Shown one piece after another: positions 53,387-62,850 of a stretch of DNA of 64,000 nt; position 1 is the stretch's first letter; each line of letters opens with the position of its first letter. Under the pieces are notes generated by a model that was not told the origin of the DNA, searched no databases, and saw only the letters and a program-made list of their open reading frames with translations. The DNA is from a virus (taxonomy: Duplodnaviria > Caudoviricetes). Location of the stretch: IMG/VR virus record IMGVR_UViG_3300047440_000139, positions 624-64,623 of that record, one strand, 5' to 3'. The position numbers and the translations under genes are program-made.

Positions 53387-55218
53387 GACGCGTGAAGCTC
53401 CTCCATCGTCGTCGCGAGATGGAGGCTCCTGACGTCGACGTTGCCGAGTATCTCGAAGGCGAGCTCCCGGCACTTGAAGGCGGTCACCCGGATGGGGTCG
53501 AGGCTGGTCGGATACAGGCTGGCCCGCAGCAGTTCGCCGTCGCCGTAGATGTTGACCTGCACGCTGCGCGCCCCGGACGCGTGCGGCAGGTTCTGCAGCA
53601 GCGAGCCGTTGATGTCGAAGCGGTTGATCTCCGCGCCGTTGATCGCCCCCATCAGGTCGGGGTTGTTGTCCCAGATCAGCTGGTTCGCCAGCAGGGCCGC
53701 AGCGCGGGCGGCCTCGTAGGCGGCCTGATCCAGCACCTGGGCGTAGTCGGCGTCGAGGCGCAGCAGGCTGAACGTCACCGCCCGGTCGTTGAACCACCGC
53801 TTCGACATCCAGCGGTAGCGCAGCGGCGTCAGCGGGTCGTCGTCCAGCTGGTAGATGTGGCTGTCGGTGTCGTGGACGTAGAACAGGAACCCGTTCCTGG
53901 CGTCGACGTGCATGGCGCTGGCCGGGAGTTCCAAGAACGACAGCGCGGGAGGCTCGGTGCGGCTCAGCACCAGCGCACGCGACGGAATTTCATTGGGAAA
54001 TAGCCCGATGTACCGCCCCTCCAGCACCACCGCCTTCATGGTGGCGGGGTTCAGCGGCTGCCACTCGTCGACCGTGAACAGGTCGCGGGTGACCACGGCC
54101 CGGGTGTCCGACGACAGCAGCACCAGCCCGTTGGGACTGGCGTAGATCACCCCGTCGTTGTCGGAGGCGATGGTCCCCTTGGCGAGGCACGGCTCGTAGA
54201 GCGGCACCCGCTCCGTGTACATCTCCCCGGGGAAGCCGCCGTGGATGAAGATCGGCGAGATGTCGGTCATCACCACCACCGACGAGCCGATCACCCCCAG
54301 GCCGATGATGCGCAGCACCGGCAGGGTGATGGCGTAGGCCAGTGGCCACGCGTGCGGGTAGTAGGGCACCGAGAAGTAGACGGTGTTGCCGACGAACCCG
54401 ACCAGCGAACCGCCCGGCAGGGCGACCAGTCCCTGCAGGTCGGCGGGCGGCGGTATCCAGCCGCCGGTCTGCAGCACCTCGCCCAGCTGGGCGACCGTCT
54501 TCTTGTCGAGGTAGCTGACGTCGGCGACCGGGATTTCCGCGACGAACTGGAAGCTCTCCGTCGTGGCCCCGATCACCGTGCGGTAGATGCGGCGGTGGGT
54601 GACGTTCTGGTCGCCGACCGGGGCGTAGACCGGCAAGGTCACGGTCACCTCCGAGCCGACGCTGGGCACGTCGAGGTGGAGATCAGGCAGCGGCCCCGGC
54701 GGCGACGGCGCGCTCTCGGCCTTCACCGCGCCGAACGTCGAGACGTTGGTGTAGACGTAGGCACGCGTCTCCAGGGTGCCGGTGCCGACGGTGGTGACGG
54801 TCGCGCCGGGGGCGACCGCCGGGCCGACCACGCCCATGTCCATGAAGTCCGTCGGGTAGGGCTGCGCGCCGCTGGTGGCCATCGCCCAATTGGTCTTCTT
54901 CGGCGCACCGTCGCCCGTGTAGTAGATGCGGCTCTCGATGGTGTCGGCCACCGGGCTGGGCACCACGTCCACCTCGGTTTCCCACAACAGGAAGATGCTC
55001 TCGCCCGACGACCGGAACAGGCGGTAGAGCGTCTTGTAGGAGCCGACGGCAGGCGGCGGCTGCATCGCGGCGTCGAGCAGCCGGGGGCCTTTCCAGAAGC
55101 GGAGCTCCTTGGAGTACAGCTTCACGTTCGACGCAATCTGAGCGAAGCCGTCGCCCAGCAGCGTGGACGACAGCTTCGGGATCAGACCGTCGAAGGCCAG
55201 GACCCGGATCGCCGCCAT
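53383..55218 (-). CDS. Tail tubular/nozzle (stabilization) protein
   Basis: 611 aa; F.G.IP.L, YYTGDGAPK, YVYT.V...E..PS, FSVPYYPHAWP, YASPNGLV, W.SK. Confidence 0.7.
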   Translation of the reverse strand: MAAIRVLAFDGLIPKLSSTLLGDGFAQIASNVKLYSKELRFWKGPRLLDAAMQPPPAVGSYKTLYRLFRSSGESIFLLWETEVDVVPSPVADTIESRIYYTGDGAPKKTNWAMATSGAQPYPTDFMDMGVVGPAVAPGATVTTVGTGTLETRAYVYTNVSTFGAVKAESAPSPPGPLPDLHLDVPSVGSEVTVTLPVYAPVGDQNVTHRRIYRTVIGATTESFQFVAEIPVADVSYLDKKTVAQLGEVLQTGGWIPPPADLQGLVALPGGSLVGFVGNTVYFSVPYYPHAWPLAYAITLPVLRIIGLGVIGSSVVVMTDISPIFIHGGFPGEMYTERVPLYEPCLAKGTIASDNDGVIYASPNGLVLLSSDTRAVVTRDLFTVDEWQPLNPATMKAVVLEGRYIGLFPNEIPSRALVLSRTEPPALSFLELPASAMHVDARNGFLFYVHDTDSHIYQLDDDPLTPLRYRWMSKRWFNDRAVTFSLLRLDADYAQVLDQAAYEAARAAALLANQLIWDNNPDLMGAINGAEINRFDINGSLLQNLPHASGARSVQVNIYGDGELLRASLYPTSLDPIRVTAFKCRELAFEILGNVDVRSLHLATTMEELHAS

Positions 55219-55224
55219 GTGACC

Positions 55225-55524
55225 CTACTTCTTGGACTTCGGCTCTGCCGGGGGAGGCGGGGTCATCTGGTCCTCGGTCTCGACGCTGTCCTCGACCTTG
55301 AGGTCGTGGGTCTTCGGCTCGGGCGGCTTGATCGGCGCGTCGGGGTCTACCGGCACGCTGGGGTCCAGCCCGAGGATCAGCTTGGCCTCGACGGTGTCCT
55401 CGGCGATGAACAGCCCCTGGACGTTCTTGCCCACGAGGACGTTGACGCCCTGGTGGTTGACGATCAGCTGACCGCCGACGCTGTCCGCGCCTTCGATCGA
55501 CTTGAGGGCATCTTGGAAGTTCAT
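55225..55524 (-). CDS. Hypothetical protein
   Basis: AGGAG RBS, 99 aa. Confidence 0.7.
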   Translation of the reverse strand: MNFQDALKSIEGADSVGGQLIVNHQGVNVLVGKNVQGLFIAEDTVEAKLILGLDPSVPVDPDAPIKPPEPKTHDLKVEDSVETEDQMTPPPPAEPKSKK

Positions 55525-55536
55525 GGTGGTCTCCTG

Positions 55537-55881
55537 CTAGTTGCCGTCGATGGTCACTTGGCCGACCGCTGTCAGGCCATCGGCGTCCGTGATGGTACAC
55601 TGGTTCACGCTGTGCAGCGGCACGTCACCGTAGAGGTAAAACTGCACGACCTGGGCGGTTGCACTCGGGGTGATGCCGATGACGTCGCCGGACACATGGA
55701 GCCACTGGTAGGTGTAGGGCGCTCGGCCTCCTGTCGGAACCGCGAAGATGTTCGGGGTGTAGGCGTCGCCGTTGAACGGCCAGAAGACGTGGACCGCGTC
55801 GGGCGCGCACTCGGCAGAGAACAGCTGCGGCGGCGGGCCGCTGCCGAGGCACCCGGCGACAGCCACCATGATCCCGGTCAC
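55537..55881 (-). CDS. Putative tail fibre tip partner (Ig-like)
   Basis: GTGA overlap; GGRAPYTYQW...CTITDADG motif. Confidence 0.6.
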   Translation of the reverse strand: MTGIMVAVAGCLGSGPPPQLFSAECAPDAVHVFWPFNGDAYTPNIFAVPTGGRAPYTYQWLHVSGDVIGITPSATAQVVQFYLYGDVPLHSVNQCTITDADGLTAVGQVTIDGN

Positions 55882-56825
55882 GACAGGCCCATCCCGTAGA
55901 CCCACCACTCGGTGCCATCCATCTTCTCCAGCACGCAGGTGCCGGGGGCCGCCAGGGTCCGAGCGCCGACCGCGTTGCTGGGCAGCCAGCGCAGCACCAC
56001 TCCGGCCGGGGGCGAGATGACCACCGAGCCGCCCCGGTTCACCACCTTGATCAGGCCGCCGATCAGGATGTGGACCGCCGCGTCGGTGGGGATGCTGTAG
56101 ACGTTGTTGCCCGCCGTGTGCAGCACCTGCCTGCCGTTGTCGACGAAGCCGAAGGTGTAGTCGGAGTTCTGGACGTTGGTCGGCAGCGCGCGGTAGCCAC
56201 CCGAGTTCACGGTGCCGTCGTGGACTTCGTAGAGCACGTTGCCCTTGACGGCCCCGTCGATCGCCAGCTGCAGCTTGGTCGTGGCGTTCAGCCATTCGAG
56301 GCTGACGACGTAGGCCCCCATCTGCTTGACCGGGGTGAAGCCCAGGTTCGCGGCGGCCGCGCCGATGTCGAGGAAGCTCTCGTGGATGAACCGGCCCTGG
56401 AACAGCTGGTTGCCGCCGACCGCGCCGTTGGCGATCTTGCCGGTGGTGATCGCGCCCGCAGCGATCATCGCCCCGGTGATGATGCCCGGCGCGGTCGGGA
56501 ACCGAGCGGCCGTGAGCGGCGCAGAGGAGATGGAGTTGATGGCCCCGGCGGTGAGCCGGTGCTCAGCCTTCTCCCCGGCGGCGAGCGCCCGCGCCGTGGT
56601 CCCCTCCTGGCCGCGCACCACCGTCAGGGTGTCGCCGGTCTTGGCCGTACACCAGACGACCTCGATCTCGTTGGCAGGGTTGACCACGGTGACCGGGAAG
56701 AACTCGCCTGCCAGCGGCGATGGGAACTTGTCCCCCTGCCCACCGGACAGTGTCAGCGCCGTCGCGTCCGGTGTGTAGGACGCGGCGAGGGTGCCGACCG
56801 CATTGTTGGTGAAGATCGGCGTCAT
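55878..56825 (-). CDS. Tail fibre protein
   Basis: FTNNA..TLA, EVV.CTA..GDTLTVVRGQEGTTARA...E.RLTAG anchor; AITT.KIA repeats; C-terminal WWVYG domain. Confidence 0.8.
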   Translation of the reverse strand: MTPIFTNNAVGTLAASYTPDATALTLSGGQGDKFPSPLAGEFFPVTVVNPANEIEVVWCTAKTGDTLTVVRGQEGTTARALAAGEKAEHRLTAGAINSISSAPLTAARFPTAPGIITGAMIAAGAITTGKIANGAVGGNQLFQGRFIHESFLDIGAAAANLGFTPVKQMGAYVVSLEWLNATTKLQLAIDGAVKGNVLYEVHDGTVNSGGYRALPTNVQNSDYTFGFVDNGRQVLHTAGNNVYSIPTDAAVHILIGGLIKVVNRGGSVVISPPAGVVLRWLPSNAVGARTLAAPGTCVLEKMDGTEWWVYGMGLS

Positions 56826-56829
56826 GGCC

Positions 56830-57276
56830 TTACCCGACCGTGACGGTCCACGTCACGTTGAGCGTGTCACCGGGGGCCTTGTTGACGACGGCGTAGGTGG
56901 TGCGGGCCAGCATGTTGCCCGCCGCTGCGGCGCTGAACAGGCCAGCCTCGACCAGGGCTCCGGTGCCCACCCCCGGCGCGAAGCTGGCGGTGTAGGTGAT
57001 CACCGCGCCGACGACGGTGGTCGCGGTGAAGGCGACGCGCGACCCGGCCACCTCCGCGCCCAGGGTGGTGTCGCCGAGCGCCGGGGCGACGGCGCTGGTG
57101 CCGAGCGCCATGTGGCTCATGGGCGGAAGGGTCGGGGCCGCCTTCATGCGGTCGGCGATGACGCCCTTGCCGACCAAGGTGACGAGGTTGTCGACCTCCC
57201 AGACGAGCTCGCTGCCGTCCTCGCGGAGCAGCTGGAACTGCAACCGGCCCTTCATCTCGATGAGATCGTCGAACAT
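56830..57276 (-). CDS. Tail-associated structural protein
   Basis: NLVT..GK, MALGT, EAGLF, VNK..GDTL.VTW. Confidence 0.75.
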   Translation of the reverse strand: MFDDLIEMKGRLQFQLLREDGSELVWEVDNLVTLVGKGVIADRMKAAPTLPPMSHMALGTSAVAPALGDTTLGAEVAGSRVAFTATTVVGAVITYTASFAPGVGTGALVEAGLFSAAAAGNMLARTTYAVVNKAPGDTLNVTWTVTVG

Positions 57277-57330
57277 GGTTGGCTCCTGTGCGAGCGTCCG
57301 CCGGACGCTAACTGTTGAGGGTGTCGCTGA

Positions 57331-58587
57331 CTAGGCATCGCGCAACTCGAAGCCGGAGTTGGCCGCCAAGCCGCCGGTCATCGTCGAGACACCCGCCACC
57401 GCTCCGGTCAGCCGGTCGTGGATGTTGAGGAAGAAAATCCCATCGCTGACGGCCATGCGATCCGCGAACCCCGCCGCCGGTCCGACGTAGGACCCCGCCT
57501 GCGCGTGCATGAACATCATCTGCGCGCGGGCCTTCGGGTCTGGCGTCGGCCACGTCACCGACATGGGAGGTGTGGTCGTGCCGTCGACGATGCCGAAGTA
57601 GACCCGGGCGGCGACCTTGGGTCCCCGGTAGATCGCGTACATGAAGCTTTGGCTGAACCCCGATACGGTGATGTTGGTGAGGTTGTCGAGCACCTTCCAG
57701 CTGTAGGAGGCTGCGTAACCATAGTTGAAGTTCACGGTCGTCCAACCGGCCCCACTCGGTGTCCCCGCTCCGTAGTGGCAGTAGACGAGGACTAGGTCGC
57801 CGACTTGCGCCCCGTTACTCGAAACCGGGATTACACCTGACGTATCGCCCACCGCGATGGGCCTGACCGGGGGCGAGCCGCTGCTGCTCGGGAACTCGGC
57901 GGTCGGAGGGGCGAAGTTGGCGGTGTAGCGCGCGACGCCCCGAGTGATCCTCAGGTCGTCCAGCGACCCCGTGAATTTGCCAGACCCGCCGCCGTTAAAC
58001 GACCCGATCAGGAGCGTGTTATTGGTGTCGCTGAACAGCGACCCAGACACCGCCTGCGACGCGCCCGCGACCCCGTTGGTGTAGACCTTGATTGTGCTCC
58101 CTGAGCGGACCGCAGCAACGTGGTTCCACTGGTTCAGCGTCAAGACCGGACCTGTTGCGGTGATCGCAGCATTGCCGTCTACCGACACGCCGAACACCGG
58201 GGTCAGGGTGTCGACGTAGAGGATGAACTGGTTCGCGTTCGGCAAGCCCGACGACGCCCACCGGCTGATGACGGTGAAGGGACCTACCCCGCCGTTGGTG
58301 GGGTAGACCCACGCCTCGACCGTGAAGTCCCCGGCTCCGAAATAGTCGAGCAGGTCGTTGGGGGAGCTTATCGACCCCGTGGTGTTGAAGTTGAGTGCCG
58401 CCGTGCCGAACTTCTTGTTTCCCGTGGTGAGCAGCGGCGGCGAGCCGACGACGCTGAACGCGCGATTGTAGGGGCCGCTGTCGGTGTAGGTCTGCGCGCC
58501 GTTCGCCCCGTCGCAATGCATCAGCAGGGTCACGTTCGCCCAGGCCGGATCGGTCACGCTGAAGCTGTTGATGCCGATCGGCCTCAT
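57331..58587 (-). CDS. LamG/concanavalin A-like lectin tail protein
   Basis: DP.WANVTLLMHCDG, GDFTVEAWVYP, WNHVAAVR, LDDLRITRGVARYTANF. Confidence 0.85.
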   Translation of the reverse strand: MRPIGINSFSVTDPAWANVTLLMHCDGANGAQTYTDSGPYNRAFSVVGSPPLLTTGNKKFGTAALNFNTTGSISSPNDLLDYFGAGDFTVEAWVYPTNGGVGPFTVISRWASSGLPNANQFILYVDTLTPVFGVSVDGNAAITATGPVLTLNQWNHVAAVRSGSTIKVYTNGVAGASQAVSGSLFSDTNNTLLIGSFNGGGSGKFTGSLDDLRITRGVARYTANFAPPTAEFPSSSGSPPVRPIAVGDTSGVIPVSSNGAQVGDLVLVYCHYGAGTPSGAGWTTVNFNYGYAASYSWKVLDNLTNITVSGFSQSFMYAIYRGPKVAARVYFGIVDGTTTPPMSVTWPTPDPKARAQMMFMHAQAGSYVGPAAGFADRMAVSDGIFFLNIHDRLTGAVAGVSTMTGGLAANSGFELRDA

Positions 58588-60131
58588 GCGATCAGGTCCC
58601 CGACCAGCCACCAGTCGTCCGGGTTGATCTGGACCAGCGAAGCGCCAGCGGCGATCTCCTTGATCTTCCGCTTACCGCCAGCGCTGGTCAGGCTGACGCC
58701 CGCCCCAGGCGCGAATGTCACCGTTCCTCCCGCCCATTGCACGAAGTCGATCCGTGCGTCAGTTCCCCACGCGCCAGCGGACTGCGGCGGGATGGTGATA
58801 ATCGCTGGAGCAGCGTTCACCATCACGACCAGCGCGCCCTGATCCACCGCCGGTGACAGCGTGTAGTTGCCGCTCGGCGCGGGCCTGTTCCAGTACCGGC
58901 CCCGAGGCTCGGGCTTGTCGTTGTTGGCGCCGAAGGTGAAGTCCTGGGCGAAGGCGAAGCGGTAGGCTCCATCGCCAACGACTTGGATCAGTTTGGTAGT
59001 GCTATCCGCGAAGCCGATAAAACCCGCGCGTGTAGCTGCGGCGTCAAAGAAATCAATGTATCCAGTGTTCGATACTCCGCCCGGGCTAAGACCGGCATAG
59101 CCGATACCTGCGGTGGCGCTTTTTGCGAATACTCTTGCGGTCGTAACAGCCCCATCAACGTTGAGGCTCTGACCGACCGGATTGAAGGTCGCGACGTGCG
59201 TGCCGCCGAGGATCAGGTCGAGGCTGTTTCCGGGGAACTGGTAGACCCACGCCCCCAGCTTTCCGGGCGTGATGCTGTCGAAGTAGTGAACCGAGTTGAC
59301 CCCGGCCTGCCCGCCGAGCGCGACCATACCGCTCGGGCCAGCGCCGACGGAGAGGGCTCTAACCGCGCTGGAGAACGTGCCGTTGGTGGCCGTCAGGCCG
59401 CCGAGCAGGTCCATATTCCCGGTCGGCGCAAGCTGCATGACCAGCGTCGGGCCGATGTAGTAGGTCAGGTACTTCGACGCGGTGTCGTAGTTGAGGTAGG
59501 TCGGGTTCGTGCTGTCGAACGTCAGCCGCCCGAACCCGGCGGCGCTCGAAAACGCAGCGCCTGCCCCGGTCTGAGAGATGAAGGCGGGGGCGTACATTGC
59601 CGCCGCCGACTGGATCGTCCCACCCGCAACAATGTTGCCGCTCGTGGTGATGTGGCCTGCCGCCCCGTCGATGAACACCTGCGCAGCAGGACCGAAAAAC
59701 TGGAACTGCTTCGCGGCCTTATCCCAGAGGATCGCGGCGTTCGCGGCACCCTGCTCGAAGTAGAGGATCGAGTTCGCGGCGCCAGAGGTCAGCAACATCG
59801 CCCCGCCAGCACCAGCAGACACCGGTCCGGTGAACACGCCCGCGCCCGAGTAGACGCTGGCGAAGCGGAGGGTCGGGGAGCCGATATTCTGGGTGCCGTC
59901 CGCAGAGGGTAGAAGGTGCCCAGGGTCGCTGACCAAGAGCGTCGAGTTCTGGATCACCTTCCCGGTCGCCGTGTCGAAGCGCGCGATGGCGTTGTCGGTC
60001 GCCCCGGCCGGACCAACCACGTCACCTACGGGGGTCGCCGCGATCCCGGCGTTGAGGTTGGTGAAGTTGGCGTCCAACTCGGCGTTGGTGAGCGGGCTGC
60101 CCTTCCCGGCACGGGTGACGATCGCAACCAT
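58584..60131 (-). CDS. Tail fibre protein
   Basis: R.GKGSPLTNAELDANFTNLN, GPAGATDNAIARFD..TGK.IQNS, C-terminal WWLVGDL. Confidence 0.85.
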   Translation of the reverse strand: MVAIVTRAGKGSPLTNAELDANFTNLNAGIAATPVGDVVGPAGATDNAIARFDTATGKVIQNSTLLVSDPGHLLPSADGTQNIGSPTLRFASVYSGAGVFTGPVSAGAGGAMLLTSGAANSILYFEQGAANAAILWDKAAKQFQFFGPAAQVFIDGAAGHITTSGNIVAGGTIQSAAAMYAPAFISQTGAGAAFSSAAGFGRLTFDSTNPTYLNYDTASKYLTYYIGPTLVMQLAPTGNMDLLGGLTATNGTFSSAVRALSVGAGPSGMVALGGQAGVNSVHYFDSITPGKLGAWVYQFPGNSLDLILGGTHVATFNPVGQSLNVDGAVTTARVFAKSATAGIGYAGLSPGGVSNTGYIDFFDAAATRAGFIGFADSTTKLIQVVGDGAYRFAFAQDFTFGANNDKPEPRGRYWNRPAPSGNYTLSPAVDQGALVVMVNAAPAIITIPPQSAGAWGTDARIDFVQWAGGTVTFAPGAGVSLTSAGGKRKIKEIAAGASLVQINPDDWWLVGDLIA

Positions 60132-60652
60132 CAGAAGACCCTCGTCTCGCCGACGTAGTCCGTCGGGGTCAGGAAGTAGTCGGGCGCGGCATAGTCGTAC
60201 CGGCTGAGGAAGCCTGCGTCACTCGCGGTCACGTCGTCGCTGAACCCGATCTCGTCGCCCCGCTTCATCGAGAGCGCATCGCCCATCGTCACGCTGTCGG
60301 CCAGAGGCAGGGCGATGACGCGGTCCAGCACATAGGATAGATTGTCGGTGACGGTGACGCCGTCCGCGAGTGTCCTCTCGAAGATCGACACCCGGGTGGC
60401 CGCGTCGTCCATGACCACGCTGTCGGCGACGAAGCGGTTGTACTCCTGGGTGTAGCTGAACCCGCCGTCGTCCACCGTCACCACATCGGCGAACGCCCTG
60501 GCGTAGATCATCTCCAGGGTCACCTCGTCGGTGACCACCACCTCGTCGCGGTAGCGCGGGTCGGCGAAGTAGTCGACGAACACGCTCGCGCCGTACTCAA
60601 GGTCGACGGCCTGCAGGATGGCGATGATCTTGCGGCCGCCGCCGTCAGCCAT
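60131..60652 (-). CDS. Structural protein with xxDxVTxxD repeats
   Basis: Repeated ADSV/DGVT units; DYF..DYVG end. Confidence 0.7.
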   Translation of the reverse strand: MADGGGRKIIAILQAVDLEYGASVFVDYFADPRYRDEVVVTDEVTLEMIYARAFADVVTVDDGGFSYTQEYNRFVADSVVMDDAATRVSIFERTLADGVTVTDNLSYVLDRVIALPLADSVTMGDALSMKRGDEIGFSDDVTASDAGFLSRYDYAAPDYFLTPTDYVGETRVF

Positions 60653-61028
60653 CGAAGTCCTCCCGCAGCACGAACTGCAGGCGGGTGAAGACGGTGAAGG
60701 CGTTGCCAGGGCCGGAGGCGACTTCTATCTCACCCAGGTAGCGGCCGGGCGAGAGGTTCAGGTTGCCTTGCAGGAACCCGAACCTCACCCGACCCCCGCT
60801 CCCGGGGGTCGGGTACTGGCTGATGTCGGCATGGATCAGGTCGGCCTGCAGGGTGCCCGGCAGCAATTCGCCCGGCAGCACGAACAGCACCTCGTCGCGG
60901 TCCCACGGCTTGAACAGCAGCCGCACCGTCGCCAGCGAGATGTCCAGCAGGTCGTCCGGCTGGCGCAGCTGCACGTAGATGACGGGCCGGGTGTCGCCGA
61001 CCACGAGGTGGATGCGACCCGTGCTCAC
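60645..61028 (-). CDS. BppU-N-like tail or baseplate adaptor
   Basis: I.LVVGDTRP...G.Y.GEIEV....TV...L.F.LREDF; GTGA overlap. Confidence 0.7.
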   Translation of the reverse strand: MSTGRIHLVVGDTRPVIYVQLRQPDDLLDISLATVRLLFKPWDRDEVLFVLPGELLPGTLQADLIHADISQYPTPGSGGRVRFGFLQGNLNLSPGRYLGEIEVASGPGNAFTVFTRLQFVLREDFDG

Positions 61029-61678
61029 ACCCACCTCCGCATCTGCACGCTCTGGACCGCCCGGGTGTGGTCGCGCATCCGCCGGGCCTTGGCCTCGCTC
61101 ACCCCGCCGTAGAAGCGGTTCCACAGCAGCGGCGCGCTGGACGGGTCGTAGTAGGGCTGGCCCGCCGTCTCCACCAGCCGCGCCCGCGCGCCGTAGGCCA
61201 GGGGCTCGGCGTAGTAGTTGAAGACGCTGTCGTCGATCTCGACGGCGTCGGGGGTGGGCTGCACGGCGCAGAGGATGAGCATCTTGCCGAAGGCGGCGAT
61301 CGCGTTCGCGTCCGGCCCGTCGATCAGGCAGATGTCGAGCGCGCTCAGCTGGGTGTAGTAGCGCGGGGACCCGATCCGGGTGGTCCAGAGGCTGCCCCAC
61401 ATCTGGTCGGCGCGGTCCTTGGTGATCGGCTCAAGGAGGCCATGCCGGTTCTCGATCTCCACCCGCATGACCGTGGCAGGCACGGTGTCGGGCGGCACCT
61501 CCAGTTCGTAGATCGACTGGTTCTCGATCAGGGTGACCGGCTCCAGCATCTCCTGCTGCCAGAGCGTCAGCTTGTAGAACTCGATGGCGGCGAAGCGCGC
61601 GGCCACGACCGCCGCCGGGGCGCTGCAGTCCCGGACGAACGGCAGGATCAGCGGGGTGAGCTCGAAGATCGCGGTCAT
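61025..61678 (-). CDS. Head-tail adaptor or tail tubular A-like protein
   Basis: P.V.DC..P, AAIEF...T..W, GARARL...GQPY; position after the head genes. Confidence 0.65.
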   Translation of the reverse strand: MTAIFELTPLILPFVRDCSAPAAVVAARFAAIEFYKLTLWQQEMLEPVTLIENQSIYELEVPPDTVPATVMRVEIENRHGLLEPITKDRADQMWGSLWTTRIGSPRYYTQLSALDICLIDGPDANAIAAFGKMLILCAVQPTPDAVEIDDSVFNYYAEPLAYGARARLVETAGQPYYDPSSAPLLWNRFYGGVSEAKARRMRDHTRAVQSVQMRRWV

Positions 61679-62361
61679 GCGGCTGCACCCTTGTCGGTGA
61701 GATCAGGCGGGCCCAGCTGCTTGTTCGGGCTCTGCTCCAGTTCGGCGGCTTGGTGGCCGGTGATGAACATCTGGAACAGGCCGAGATACGCCTGGGCCTT
61801 GTCGTTGCCCGCTGCGTAGTCGGTGTCCTTCTGGTGCGCCCGGAACATCACGTAGTCGAACAGCGCCGTCTGGTAGAGGTCCTCGACCGTCATCAGGCTG
61901 GTCATCGAGGTGAAGTCCGGCGGGCTCACGGCCCGGCTCACCTCGATGAAACTGGACCCGGTCGACGGCGGGTAGACGTAGTACACGCGTGGCTGCTTTG
62001 GGTCGTAGGTGTAGTGCAGCACCGTGTCGCTGCGGCGTGACGCGTGCCAGTTCGGGTCCACCCGGTCGAGGTTCTCCCGGCTGACCACCGTCACCACCCT
62101 CCCCGGCGTCTGGCCGTCGGTTCCCATGTTCCGCTTGATGTCGAGCAGCAGGAATGATCCGGCCGGGAGTGACTGCTTGGTGCCCTCCACGAGGGCCAGG
62201 GGGTCGGTCACGTCCCCGAGCGAGGGGTCCATGGCCACAATGGTCCGCTGGCCGTCAGAGAGCCACCGCAGGAGCTCCTCGTCGCTCCACCGCTGGGTGG
62301 CCAACTCGTCGATCAGCTGCGTGCGAACGCGGGTCAGGATGGTCTGTGCCGTGACGGGCAT
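61675..62361 (-). CDS. Head-tail adaptor (DUF6682-like)
   Basis: L.D....RWS..ELL.WL.DGQ, GTKQ.LP, YVYPP, DY..FRA..KD. Confidence 0.75.
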   Translation of the reverse strand: MPVTAQTILTRVRTQLIDELATQRWSDEELLRWLSDGQRTIVAMDPSLGDVTDPLALVEGTKQSLPAGSFLLLDIKRNMGTDGQTPGRVVTVVSRENLDRVDPNWHASRRSDTVLHYTYDPKQPRVYYVYPPSTGSSFIEVSRAVSPPDFTSMTSLMTVEDLYQTALFDYVMFRAHQKDTDYAAGNDKAQAYLGLFQMFITGHQAAELEQSPNKQLGPPDLTDKGAAA

Positions 62362-62367
62362 CAGCAG

Positions 62368-62826
62368 TCACCCCATGTCGGGCCAGTGGCGGTTACGCTT
62401 CCGACGATTGTCGCTTGAGGGCACGATTGCGAGGTTCGCCTCGACGTGCAGGCCGCAGACGAGATCGTGCTTGAGGGGGACGATGTGGTCGACGTGGACA
62501 TCCTCGCCTCCTGCGTTTCGCTGCCCGGCCTCCACGTAGATCGCCTTGATCTTGGCAGGGTCGGCCCACGCGACGTTAGCACTGTACTCGTCGGCGCGCT
62601 TCTTAGCGCGAGAGCAGCTGCTGTACGCCTTCCGCAGGGCGGGGTTGGCTGCCAGCCACTTCGCCACCGACGCATCCTGTCGAGCCCTCGTTTCTGGCTG
62701 CGACATGCGCGTCCGGTTGTAGCTGTTCCAGCACTCCTTGCAGTACAGCTGTCGACCGGACGCCTTGGTGCGGTTGTTGTGAAAGGCATCGAGCGGCTTG
62801 TCAGTTCTACACCGGGGACATCTCAT
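62368..62826 (-). CDS. HNH homing endonuclease
   Basis: CPRC..KP..F...CKEC zinc finger; HVDHIVPL...VCGLHVEANL......N..K.N. Confidence 0.9.
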   Translation of the reverse strand: MRCPRCRTDKPLDAFHNNRTKASGRQLYCKECWNSYNRTRMSQPETRARQDASVAKWLAANPALRKAYSSCSRAKKRADEYSANVAWADPAKIKAIYVEAGQRNAGGEDVHVDHIVPLKHDLVCGLHVEANLAIVPSSDNRRKRNRHWPDMG

Positions 62827-62850
62827 GTCCCCGGTGTATTACTTATCCAC

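Noticed and set aside
51476-60131. Diversity-generating retroelement or invertase acting on tail fibres
   Set aside because: No reverse transcriptase, recombinase or TR/VR repeat pair was seen
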